DNA from: Schizochytrium sp. TIO01
Lineage: Eukaryota > Protista > Bigyra: Labyrinthulomycetes
DNA length: 64,000 bases
Assembly (NCBI GenBank): GCA_004764695.1
Contig: SMSO01000033.1
Coordinates: 1,674,001 to 1,738,000, forward strand
Direction: 5' to 3'
Of the stretch, positions 1-9,780 are shown piece after piece. The position numbers were made by a program, and so were the translations under genes. Below the pieces are notes generated by a model that was given only the letters and a program-made list of their open reading frames with translations, had not been told where the DNA came from and did not search any database. The first letter of the stretch is position 1. Each line of letters opens with the position of its first letter.

Positions 1-450
1 GTCACTTTCAATGGAGTATAAATACACAGCATTGGCACCGAGACTTTCCACAATGGCATCTTCTATGGAAGTCTGCATGCTCGATGAAATTGATGATGCT
101 CGGTCCATATTAAACACCATAAGGCCCTCAGATGCTACGTATGGCGCTGTTGTTTCCAGAGGGCTCAGGGTAGGCGCAGGCGTGGGTGGTTCTGGACCAC
201 AATATTCAGTATCTGCGTCATAGTATGCACAATTTTCCAAGCATCGAGCCTCGCTCGTAGCAAGACTGTCACAGCTGGTACAACTCGATATGTAAGTGTC
301 TGTCTCCAGTGTCACAATCCAAGCACAATATTCATCTGCAAGGCACGTGGATGAGCTTGTTAGGCCCGAACAATCGTCTGTGGAGGCTTGCACAATTGCG
401 GCCAGAACAGCCACGACGCATGCCGCAACAGGTGCCACCCGTCTTGGCAT
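1..450 (-). CDS. Secreted/surface Cys-rich protein, 5' part only (runs off the left edge)
   Basis: Not in the ORF track because there is no stop in the window. ATG at 450 and 150 open codons: MPRRVAPVAACVVAVLAAIVQA (signal-peptide-like), then 8 Cys in two tandem 4-Cys units, then a PEPPTPAPTLSP linker. Confidence 0.8.
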   Translation of the reverse strand, partial: MPRRVAPVAACVVAVLAAIVQASTDDCSGLTSSSTCLADEYCAWIVTLETDTYISSCTSCDSLATSEARCLENCAYYDADTEYCGPEPPTPAPTLSPLETTAPYVASEGLMVFNMDRASSISSSMQTSIEDAIVESLGANAVYLYSIESD

Positions 451-2314
451 CGAAGCAGACGCAAGCTTTGGCTGGCCCATCGTGGCCAGAATCGGGCAGC
501 GTGGCGGAAGCTTTCACGCCAGCACTAATCAAGGTTTGCTTTCCCGCAAGACTTGGAATGCGGCACTCACATTCGTTCTGCTTATTGTTGTACTTCAGTC
601 CATTCCATACCCCATAAAGGCGGCACGTGCGATCTGCAAGCAATCAATCGTAGTAGCAGCAGTCAATTTTTTCTTTGTAGTGATTTTTTTTTTAATTAAA
701 AAAATTGGACAAAAGATAAAAAGGATTTAGCACTAGCAATGGATATCAAGTATTAGTACTGCTCTTTTGTGCAAAAGAGCTTGAAATAAAAAATAGTTTG
801 CGGTATGAAAAACACACATCAAGGAAAAGGACTACACGTTGATAGTATGGGAGGACTAAGTTCATACATCAAACTTTTCATTAAAACTTAGAATTATATT
901 CAGATTTCAGTTGTAGGTAATATTTACGTTTACAACTTGGAAAGTTAAAGAAATTAGAGATTAACGGCGCGGCACTTAGGTAGATAGGTACATAACCTAC
1001 TACCTAACAGTCAGTCATTTTGCTTGATTAATGTTTCCTTTTCATGGTTGAAGTTGCTTGAACTCAAGCATGCACGTGCTCAAGTTTGATGAAGTTACGT
1101 ATTTGAAAGTCTGCATTTTAGTGAGAATGTGCTGCTTGCCACGCGGCATGACTGTCAAAGCATTGCCAGGAAGGCTGAAAGCTGCAAGCGTGACTGACCA
1201 CGATGTATTGCTTAGCTTGCACACAGATAGATATGGAAACAAGCAGAAAGCCTCATTACTACCACCACACCAATCTCACATGAACATTTTCTTCTCCAAC
1301 CATTTTAAAAGTTAAAAAATTATAATTATATATTTAAATTTATTTCAAGATTAAAATGTTTCTGGTCTCCTGATCAGTAAGGAGGCTAGGTTTGTCACAG
1401 GACCCTCGATGCTCATTTTGGAGATATACACCCGTGCGAACAAATCTGCCTCTGCATCTTCTTTGCAATTGCAGCTACTGCATATGGCCGCAATGCTTTC
1501 TCCGCCCAGCTTTTCCAAGCTGTGTTTTTGCGCGTCGTTGTGGCTGTGCACGTGCTCAAATTGAAAATGAGAAGAATCATTCGGTCCTATTGGTAGATAG
1601 ATAGTCATCTTTCTCCTTTGAGCGGTATCTCCGCAAAATAAAACAAGGCAAAACTTGAAAGTAAATTTGTAGAAAATGCAGAACAAACCTGCGAATGAAC
1701 AATCCTTACCCTATGCTGATTCCATTTTGATATAATATCTACTTGCCGCATTGCCCAAAGTAGCTCTGGAATGTGCTTGCAAGTATACTTGCTGACGTGC
1801 CGCGCCTGAGGCAGTCCAAGCGCGGCCACGAATCCGGAGAACATTTACCACGGAATGCTCTCTTTTTTTTTCTTCTTTTTTTTCCCGCTTTTTTTCTTTT
1901 TCTTCTTTTTTCAAAATATTTATAATTATAATTAAAATTAAAACGTGAAGGACATTGAAAAATAGACTACAGTTGAATAAATCGACCTTCACACCGCTGA
2001 CGCCAAATCTCCAGGTGACTAGACTCGGCGCAGGAGCGAGCATCGTTGTGGCTGACGGCCGGCCGCAGTGGCACGCGTCGAGGGGATCTGGCCGACGAAG
2101 TTCTGCTCAGGGACGAGGAAGCAGCATATCGTTGCTTCGCATTTACCTGAGAATACCTGCTCGAGATCGAGCGGCGTAAAAAGAGGGGCGCCATCTTGCT
2201 CAAGATTTCTTCTTAATTTTATATAGTGCCGACTTGTAGAAAGGAAAGAAGAAGATTATAAAGTCATGAAAATGGAAGAGAGCACTGCATATAAACTTTC
2301 CTCCTAATACGTAG

Positions 2315-3149
2315 GTCTATAAGGCTGTAAGGCTTCGAGGAGGAGCACATACATTTCGAGTGGGTGAGGGAACTTGTTTCTGTGAAGGCAAGAGACAGAT
2401 TTATTTCCTTTACCCTGAGCAAAAGCTCAGTCTGGCTGGTACGCACAGCCTCCGTTGATGGGGAACTTGACTCTAGTATCCCCGTAGCTGCTCCTACTAC
2501 ACATACTGCCTTTAAGCCGTCTGTGCTTACACTTTTACCTAAATGACCTAACCAGGAGAACAATCTCGTGCGATACTCGCATTAATTGATCAGGGCTGCC
2601 CTGAGGACCGGCGACGCGCGGCCCGGGAGAATCGACTTGCGAGGACTGAGCTGGAGCAAATGAGCAGGCGGCGATGGCATATGAACTTTGAAGGGGAAAG
2701 CCTGCAAGGTATGCAGATGCTTGCAAGTTCATCAAAAAAGGAAGAACTTTTAATTTTTTTTCATTAAAAGTTCTGTGGATGTGTGTACCGGTAGGAGCTA
2801 ATATGTGACGATTAATATTTTAATAGGGACTTTCAAAATAAATAAAAGAATATATATGCATGTTGATCACAATGACTTGCACACAAGTCTTCGCTCCGTG
2901 TTCGATGCAGAGTATGCCATTTGTGTATGTGTTGGCAGAGTCCGTCGTTTCCTAGGAGCCTCAAACCTCCAGAAGCGCCTACAATTCGCATCTCTCTATT
3001 TGCTTGCTTTCGAATTGGCGATAGTTCTGACATTTGCTCGCGCTGTGCACAAACTCAAAGTGGACACGGATGTGGGAATGGACGCGCGCGAGGTGTCCCA
3101 AATGGTCGTATCCACAAAAAGCTCCCAATTGGTTCTGCGCCTCGAATAA
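2315..3149 (+). other. Candidate cryptic spliced reading frame (exons 2315-2438, 2556-2708, 2911-3149); start exon not found
   Basis: Three phase-compatible open segments bounded by ctaatacgtAG, GTacgc, ctaaccAG, GTatgc and gatgcAG. Introns are 117 and 202 nt. No recognisable family. Confidence 0.25.
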
Positions 3150-4214
3150 TGGGTGATATCCAAATAGAATCTATCCAACCTGAGGTTGCTTGCTAGTGCT
3201 TCAAGATGTTCAAGTATTTGAAGAGGATGATCTTACATCAACTAGCCTCAGTCGGCCGACATATAGACCAAACAATTGACTAAGCTCAAGTCATTTCAAG
3301 CAAAGATAAGGGAGGCCTGATTCAAATTATCTTTCAACAAGCAGATGCAAAAGGATTGCCATAAGGCCGTGGTTCGGTTCAGAGCGAGCTGCTTCGAGTT
3401 TGTGCAAATAATTATCATTATCTATCCACCTTTGCACTTTCGCAATTCCTAGATTATTAGACCTCCATATTACTATTTGTTTCTACTATTTCTTCCAATA
3501 TACAAGGTGTCAAGTATCTTTAGTAAAGCACGATCACATCCTAAAACTAGTACCTAGGTACTGCTAATGTCCATCCACTGTTTTAACTGCATTGCACATC
3601 TTTGTAGATACTCATGTATGCGTAAACCCAGAATTGTAGTGGACCAAAAGAACTTCACTTTTAAAATCTTTTCTTAGATAGCTCAAGTGAAACCAGTCAG
3701 GAAGTGCCATATATTACTTTTGCTACCATTTTAGTTCCTCCACTGGCAGTGAAGACTTCAAGGATGTCTTACTGATACTTTGCCGCTATTTTCTTTTTTA
3801 GCAGAATGAAGACATATGCATACTCTGTGGCCTGACATTTACTACCCAGGTTTGAAGAACATTAGTAACCTAGCGCTAGCACTAGCTGCCGTTCTTTTAT
3901 TTGTGTCATTTTTCGCTTCTTTGCTTTCGATGTCCGATTATTCTATAGCTAAATTTAATTGCAAGGGCTCTAAAACAGTGGCTAGCTACCCCAATTATTC
4001 TACCACTGCCACCTGTTTGTATACGCACAAAGAACCATGCAGAGGATCCGCAAACCTTAGGCAAAAAGCATATACTAAATCACGATTTACTTATCTTAAT
4101 CAAAAAGAAAGAAGAAAAGATCCTGGTACCGAGCAATATTGGCTTCTTTTGATAGAAATACGCTCTTTGACAGGTGAGGAAAGCTAAAGTTGCCAATGAA
4201 ATTATAAAGTTGAT

Positions 4215-5036
4215 TTACATCAATCCTTTTGTAAAATCAAGCTCGAGTCCTGAGAGTTCTTGTGAGAGGCTTAGAAACACATGGAATGTCGCAATCCACG
4301 CACGAGCTTTGATTGGGCCCTTCAATTTAGACAATATCATGTAGGCTAATGTGTAAATGACTGTTCGACGTATCGTGTCACTTGGTTGGCTCCACTCAGT
4401 TTGCTCATGAGCCCATCCACGCCCAAGCCTACGCTCAAGGTATCGAAGAATGCTACCACCAATGCCTGCCAGAAGGCTGGCAACGAACGGTGCCGCAGGT
4501 GATTCAGGGAATAGTTCTTGCGCTTTATCAACGCTACCGCAAAGAGTCGTAGATGAATCAATTGCTTCAAAAGTTGTGACCAGCAGACTTGTCAACGATC
4601 GAGGAGTAGACACCAGCTGAAAAACAGCGTCGAATGGAGACCAGTAGATAAGGCAATAGGAGAGAATCCAGGTTTGCAGAAGATCTTTGCTCCGAAAAAT
4701 GCTTGGTGGCTGAGCCATAGCTAAGTCCCGCACAGAAGTTCCACCAAATCCATGGCAGAGAAATGCACAAATCAAATCATAAAGCCAAGATGTTTGAGGT
4801 ACCAATGTGCTTCGGTCACCCTTCATGCTAGCTCCGGCACCTTCTGTAAAGGACCTCCAGGATGCAAGCGCCTTGAGGGAATGCACGAACATGAGATCCC
4901 AAGGATATCCGTCCTTCATCATGATATCGTCCCGGAAATAAATAACGAGACGATCCAGAGCACGACTTACAGATGTCTGTGATCTCAGAACATCTGAAGC
5001 AGGGGAGAGCGACCATTGGGGACTCTCAAGTGACAT
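4215..5036 (-). CDS. TRIC (TMEM38-like) trimeric intracellular cation channel
   Basis: 273-aa multi-TM protein with two Gly-rich repeats (CHGFGGTSVRDL, LLAGIGGSILR) and a YCLIYWSPFD segment typical of the TRIC family. ATG at 5036. Confidence 0.7.
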   Translation of the reverse strand: MSLESPQWSLSPASDVLRSQTSVSRALDRLVIYFRDDIMMKDGYPWDLMFVHSLKALASWRSFTEGAGASMKGDRSTLVPQTSWLYDLICAFLCHGFGGTSVRDLAMAQPPSIFRSKDLLQTWILSYCLIYWSPFDAVFQLVSTPRSLTSLLVTTFEAIDSSTTLCGSVDKAQELFPESPAAPFVASLLAGIGGSILRYLERRLGRGWAHEQTEWSQPSDTIRRTVIYTLAYMILSKLKGPIKARAWIATFHVFLSLSQELSGLELDFTKGLM

Positions 5037-5419
5037 CCTGCAACACCAAAAGGGCGACCTGACGGATGCAAAACTTAGACCTGCTAGCCCTTATCTACGT
5101 CGTTTCCCAAAACAGGTCGTAGGACCTGCTTGATATAAACCGTTCACAAGAGTCGCTAACACCACGGCTCTGCTTTTCACCTAGCGCTACAGCGGTGCTG
5201 CGACGTGATAGGCGGATTGAAGAAGTAAAGTAGTGATTGGGCTCGAGCAAAGTGTAATAATCAGACAGGGTCATGTGTTCCCGGAATTCCGGGATATTGT
5301 AGGCGCGGAGGTCATTTATGACTTCTACAAGTTTTGTCAACGAAATGCAAATGGGGAGGACAATAGGATGAATTGTGCGTCAAAGAAATAGTTCCTTGGT
5401 AAAACTTTTTATTCATCAC

Positions 5420-7789
5420 ATGGACGTGTTCTTAGCCAATGCAAACTTTCGAAAAGCCCCTGATGCTGGAGACACTCCTGTAGAAGACGCTGCCACCTGC
5501 GAGAACCATGCGGCCTTGCCCCCAGTTCGAGCCGCATTAGTAAGAGAGGCTTGGCAGATCGTGTTGCGAGAGGTGCAAGTTGAAACTGCACAGGAAGCAC
5601 TTAAAACTTCAAGCTCCCCTCGTAAATCAGTGGTAAACTTGAAGTCTCAAAGAGTTTTGGCAGAGAGAAATGGGATCAAGAAAGCTGCGAAAAAAGGAGG
5701 TTCTCTGAGATCAAAGAAGAACATTCAAGATGGTCCACAAATGGTGCCATTAAAACGTTGTTTAGCAACATGTATCCCGGAAAGCCGAAATCGAATGTTA
5801 CAGGCGCTTCTTACATCACAACTCTCAGCAGAGGAGAAGTCAGTTAACGTTTTGGACGCTTTAAGAAAGAAAGACATTTCGCGAGACCAATTCTTTGAAT
5901 TTTGGCTGCAGGAAAGCATGCGTGTCGGAGATGATAATGTAGCTTTTCGTCATCTGTTTTTATTTCCAACTGGTGGACGCACTGATCTAGGGGAAGTTGT
6001 CCTTTCACATGCAATTGAGCGTGTTAGACCCCTCTACACAGAACAGTTTTTCCGACCTGTACGATCATTCTGGCCCCATCTTGTACGACATCATGTTTAC
6101 AAATTGCGATTCTCATTGCGTGGTCGCAGTCCTCGAGATTATAAGGTCCACCTTGAGAAATCATATTCCCTCAAGCAACGAGATCCTATTTTAGTGCTGC
6201 CTTCTGGGGTCCATTCTCTTGTGCAAACAGAGGAGCAAAACCCAGAACATGCAATACAGAGACAAGATATACTGCTTAAAAATGATAGTATTCTCACAGA
6301 GCTTGATCGACTGTGGAATCTTATTCAACCTAGCCCTACATTAACGCAAGTGCGTGCGGTTGAGATGTTGGAGCAAGGTCATGGCTTAGAAAGTGTTTGC
6401 CGCATTTTAAATCGCAAACGATACTTATTTTCGGACCGAGTTATTCGGTATCATGCAGACAAAGTTCGACGAAAGCGATCTGAGCAAGAACAAAAGGAGA
6501 GAGAATCGAAAGCTAAAAAAATTGACCGAAGATCCCGCCCAAAGTCAAGAAAAAAGAAAATAAACGATACGTTAGCCTCGAACAAAAATAATAAGAAAGC
6601 AGCCAGTGAGAAGAAGAAAGAGATGCTCCGAACGTACCGAGACCTTGCAGTGGAGCGAGAGGAACGTAAGTCGGTGCGACAATCAATTCTTAAGTTTGGT
6701 GATTTTGATTTCGATGCAGAAACTCTAGCAAGTGTAGGAAACCCGTTTAATCGACAAGAAGGCGTGATGATGCGCGAACAAGTGCGAATTGATAGTGTAC
6801 GTGCTCTGAAGATAAAAGAAGCTCAAACTGAAAAAGAGCAAGAGACAAGACTAAATCACGCTCGCCTAGCATTGGAGCGCTCAAAGGATCGTGATTGGGA
6901 TGTCATGTCGTGGGAAGATTTCTTGCTTTTCGAGGAGGCTCTCTTTTTTGCTCTTTTGGGTCCGCATCTCGCAAGATCACTTTTGCCGTTTATTCCAGAG
7001 CTCGCGATCAGAGATGTAAGAGCTCTGTTTCCTAATCAGATCGATGATGTGACACAAGGTTTTGCCAATCAAGGAGCAGATGCGAGCAATCACCACTATC
7101 TCTATAAAGGAGCACAGCAAATTGATCCTCAAAAGCTTGCACCCACTGAGGTTCCGCGTTATATTTGGAGAAAGCTTATGATCGAAGTTGCCGACCTTTG
7201 GACCAATACAGCTCATGAAAATGAATACACGGTCTTCCTACGTGATATCATGCAGCTTGTTAGTAATAGTGAGCGCTTTGTTGGAGCAAAGAATGCTCAA
7301 CAAGTGCAAGCTCTTCGGCGACTCGCAGAGATTGAGCCAGGTATGCGATTGTACCATGATGTAGATGATGATAGTGATCGTGTCTACAATGATTTACTTG
7401 AGACTAGTGCGCTTGATATTCTACGCTGGCCTGAGATACTTGGACCTGTCGAGCTCCGGTCACAAGCATGGACTATAGCATCTCGATGTAATGATGCACG
7501 CTATGAAATTCGGCGTGATGGTCCAGGTCCACAGGCATATTTTCCAGAATGGCCTAAACCTGGGTTCTCAGGACTTCATCACCCACCTGAAATTGTAATA
7601 CCATTAGAGAACCGTGCACGTGTAAGATCTTCTTTCGAACTTCAAGGGGGGGAAGTACCTTTCTTCCAGCGTGAATCAACAATCGAAAATGAACTTCGGA
7701 TATCTCGTCGTGTGTCTTCTCGAGCTCAACGTGAGCTGGAGTTATTGCTTTCTAAGAAAACTGTAGCTACACCATGCGAAATCCCTTAA
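5420..7789 (+). CDS. Uncharacterised ~789-aa protein with a Lys/Arg-rich coiled coil and a possible degenerate EF-hand-like C-terminal domain
   Basis: Long single-exon ORF. First ATG is at 5420 (the track starts at a GTG). The segment IEVADLWTNTAHENEYTVFL resembles, from memory, a motif in uncharacterised EF-hand-like protist proteins (inference). Confidence 0.8.
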   Translation: MDVFLANANFRKAPDAGDTPVEDAATCENHAALPPVRAALVREAWQIVLREVQVETAQEALKTSSSPRKSVVNLKSQRVLAERNGIKKAAKKGGSLRSKKNIQDGPQMVPLKRCLATCIPESRNRMLQALLTSQLSAEEKSVNVLDALRKKDISRDQFFEFWLQESMRVGDDNVAFRHLFLFPTGGRTDLGEVVLSHAIERVRPLYTEQFFRPVRSFWPHLVRHHVYKLRFSLRGRSPRDYKVHLEKSYSLKQRDPILVLPSGVHSLVQTEEQNPEHAIQRQDILLKNDSILTELDRLWNLIQPSPTLTQVRAVEMLEQGHGLESVCRILNRKRYLFSDRVIRYHADKVRRKRSEQEQKERESKAKKIDRRSRPKSRKKKINDTLASNKNNKKAASEKKKEMLRTYRDLAVEREERKSVRQSILKFGDFDFDAETLASVGNPFNRQEGVMMREQVRIDSVRALKIKEAQTEKEQETRLNHARLALERSKDRDWDVMSWEDFLLFEEALFFALLGPHLARSLLPFIPELAIRDVRALFPNQIDDVTQGFANQGADASNHHYLYKGAQQIDPQKLAPTEVPRYIWRKLMIEVADLWTNTAHENEYTVFLRDIMQLVSNSERFVGAKNAQQVQALRRLAEIEPGMRLYHDVDDDSDRVYNDLLETSALDILRWPEILGPVELRSQAWTIASRCNDARYEIRRDGPGPQAYFPEWPKPGFSGLHHPPEIVIPLENRARVRSSFELQGGEVPFFQRESTIENELRISRRVSSRAQRELELLLSKKTVATPCEIP

Positions 7790-8354
7790 GCCATCTTGCA
7801 GTAGCACATTGCACGTTCTTCCAAATTAAATCCCGCCTTCTTAAAATCTAGAAATATTTTTTTGTTGTTATGCAATATGTACAAAGACTATATCCATTAT
7901 GCCCTTAGACACAGATAAAATTAAAAGCCAGGCTATGGTAGACAGCGAGTACTCTTTTCCTGTTATGTGGTAACTCTAATCCTCCACGCTGTTTGTTTTC
8001 TCAATTTTGCAGAGTTCCAATCCTTTCACTACCTGACTCCGCCACTTTTACCATCTTAGCATACCGTCCACTATATGAGAGGAGCTAATCAATCCCTACC
8101 AGGTACTAATAAATTCTTTGCATTATTATGCACGGTTCTTTGTTTCCGCGCTGGCGCTTTTCCAGGTTGTGTCTGACTCGCTACGAGATTAGATCATGTC
8201 ACATCAAATCAGAATCAAGGTGCTTCAGCTTCACAAAAGCCGTGGAGGTTGTCCCTCACTGGGCCTCAGCAGCGTGCGCATTGTGCGTGGTACTCTGTCT
8301 CTTTGCTTCGCAACAAAGTTCTTTTTGTGGATAATTTGACTTACGAGTGGAAGC

Positions 8355-9593
8355 ATGAAGGGTTTTCAAGCAGATGACATTGACGAGGACTTACTTATGG
8401 ACGAATTTGACGGTGACGAGGGAGAGGCTGCTGCTGCAAAGAAACCTTTGGCGAGAGCCCCCTTCTCTCGTAAGGTTGACCAGACAGCTCCTGCACCAGG
8501 GCCGGCACAGCGAAAATCTTTGTATCCCTCGTTAGATAGTCACGAACCAGATCCTGTTCGTGAGAGGGTTGCAAGAACCTCTAGCCCAGGCAGTGGCAAC
8601 GATACAAGTGCGGCCGGGCAAATCAAGTCGAATTCTCGAGGCTCCTTATATCCAAGTTTGCCACCTGAGGTGCCAAGTCGACCGGCTCGACCTCACAGGA
8701 AAGAAGTTAGCGAAGACGACTTGGCGTCAACAAGAGACGACCCATTCAAGTCTCATGTAGATAACAGCGCAACCCCTGCTGAAACTGCGGATGTTCCTCC
8801 CGTAGCCTCTCCTGCTGCAAAGCCCAAACGAAGTCTCGCATCCAAGCTAAAGTTCTCATTGTCAAAAAAATCCCTGGGACGCAGTGGTTCCTCTTCGAAA
8901 AATTCAAAGAAGAGCACCCAAGAAGAAAACTCGGATGATGGTGAAGTCCATGCAAAGCAGCTTAGCGCTGCTCAAGAGCTCCAGGGTGCTGGTGCAGAAC
9001 GTATCGAGGAGACGGAAGAGGAACCACCTCAACAGCGACTGCCTTTTGAGCAAGATGAACTTGCGCAATGCTGGTTTGAAGTCTTCCGTGAAGTTGGGCT
9101 TTCCGAGAGCGTAGCTAAAATGTATGCTATTGGGTTCAGCAAATATGGTATTGATGACTCAAATGCTGGAAGCTTGACCGAGGAAGATCTTGCAGCTCAC
9201 GGTATTGCCAATGCACAGCATCGAGGGATTATTATGCGGCTTATTCAGGGCCTTTTGCAGCATCAACAGGACCAAGCTGCTTTGGAGGGGGCGGCATCTG
9301 CTGCTCCTACCCAGGAACGACCTCAGCCTGACGAAGTAGTGAGTTGGGACGAGGTGGATCGTCAACAGCACAAAATGCAAGCAGAAATTGAGAAAGTAGA
9401 CCGCCTAGAGGCAAACTTAGCGAAGATCCTTGCTGGTGATACCGATCGCCAGCGTGCATTTAAAGCCCGATTAGCACGTGAACGATCCCTTCGCGAGGAG
9501 GAACGTAGTGAAGCACGTCGGCAGTTTGCTTTACGCAAAGCAAAACGCGCTATTGACCGTGTACAGAAGGAAATTGATGAATCTGCCAACTAA
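8355..9593 (+). CDS. SAM-domain protein with a disordered N-terminus (two SLYPSL motifs) and a C-terminal coiled coil
   Basis: 412 aa. WFEVFREVGLSESVAKMYAIGFSKYGIDDSNAGSLTEEDLAAHGIANAQHRGIIM fits the SAM pattern (W..F..xGL..Y...F....ID...L..LTEEDL...GI....HR..I). Confidence 0.8.
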   Translation: MKGFQADDIDEDLLMDEFDGDEGEAAAAKKPLARAPFSRKVDQTAPAPGPAQRKSLYPSLDSHEPDPVRERVARTSSPGSGNDTSAAGQIKSNSRGSLYPSLPPEVPSRPARPHRKEVSEDDLASTRDDPFKSHVDNSATPAETADVPPVASPAAKPKRSLASKLKFSLSKKSLGRSGSSSKNSKKSTQEENSDDGEVHAKQLSAAQELQGAGAERIEETEEEPPQQRLPFEQDELAQCWFEVFREVGLSESVAKMYAIGFSKYGIDDSNAGSLTEEDLAAHGIANAQHRGIIMRLIQGLLQHQQDQAALEGAASAAPTQERPQPDEVVSWDEVDRQQHKMQAEIEKVDRLEANLAKILAGDTDRQRAFKARLARERSLREEERSEARRQFALRKAKRAIDRVQKEIDESAN

Positions 9594-9780
9594 ATGTAGA
9601 GGAAACACATTCACGACTGTGACATGCCAGTATATAGATATAAATCAATTTGTTCAGTATTTCAAGTCCGATGAGTTCAGGCCTTTTGCTCATAAGATTT
9701 ACATTGTAGATTTAATAGAAAAGGAAGCATGTCGATTAGTTTGCTTACAATATAGGTAGATAACACTAAGAAAGTATCCC

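Noticed and set aside
2030-2226. Coding-looking frame DLADEVLLRDEEAAYRCFAFT*EYLLEIERRKRG with an in-frame TGA
   Set aside because: No ATG, no redox motif and no SECIS seen; not enough to call readthrough or a pseudogene.
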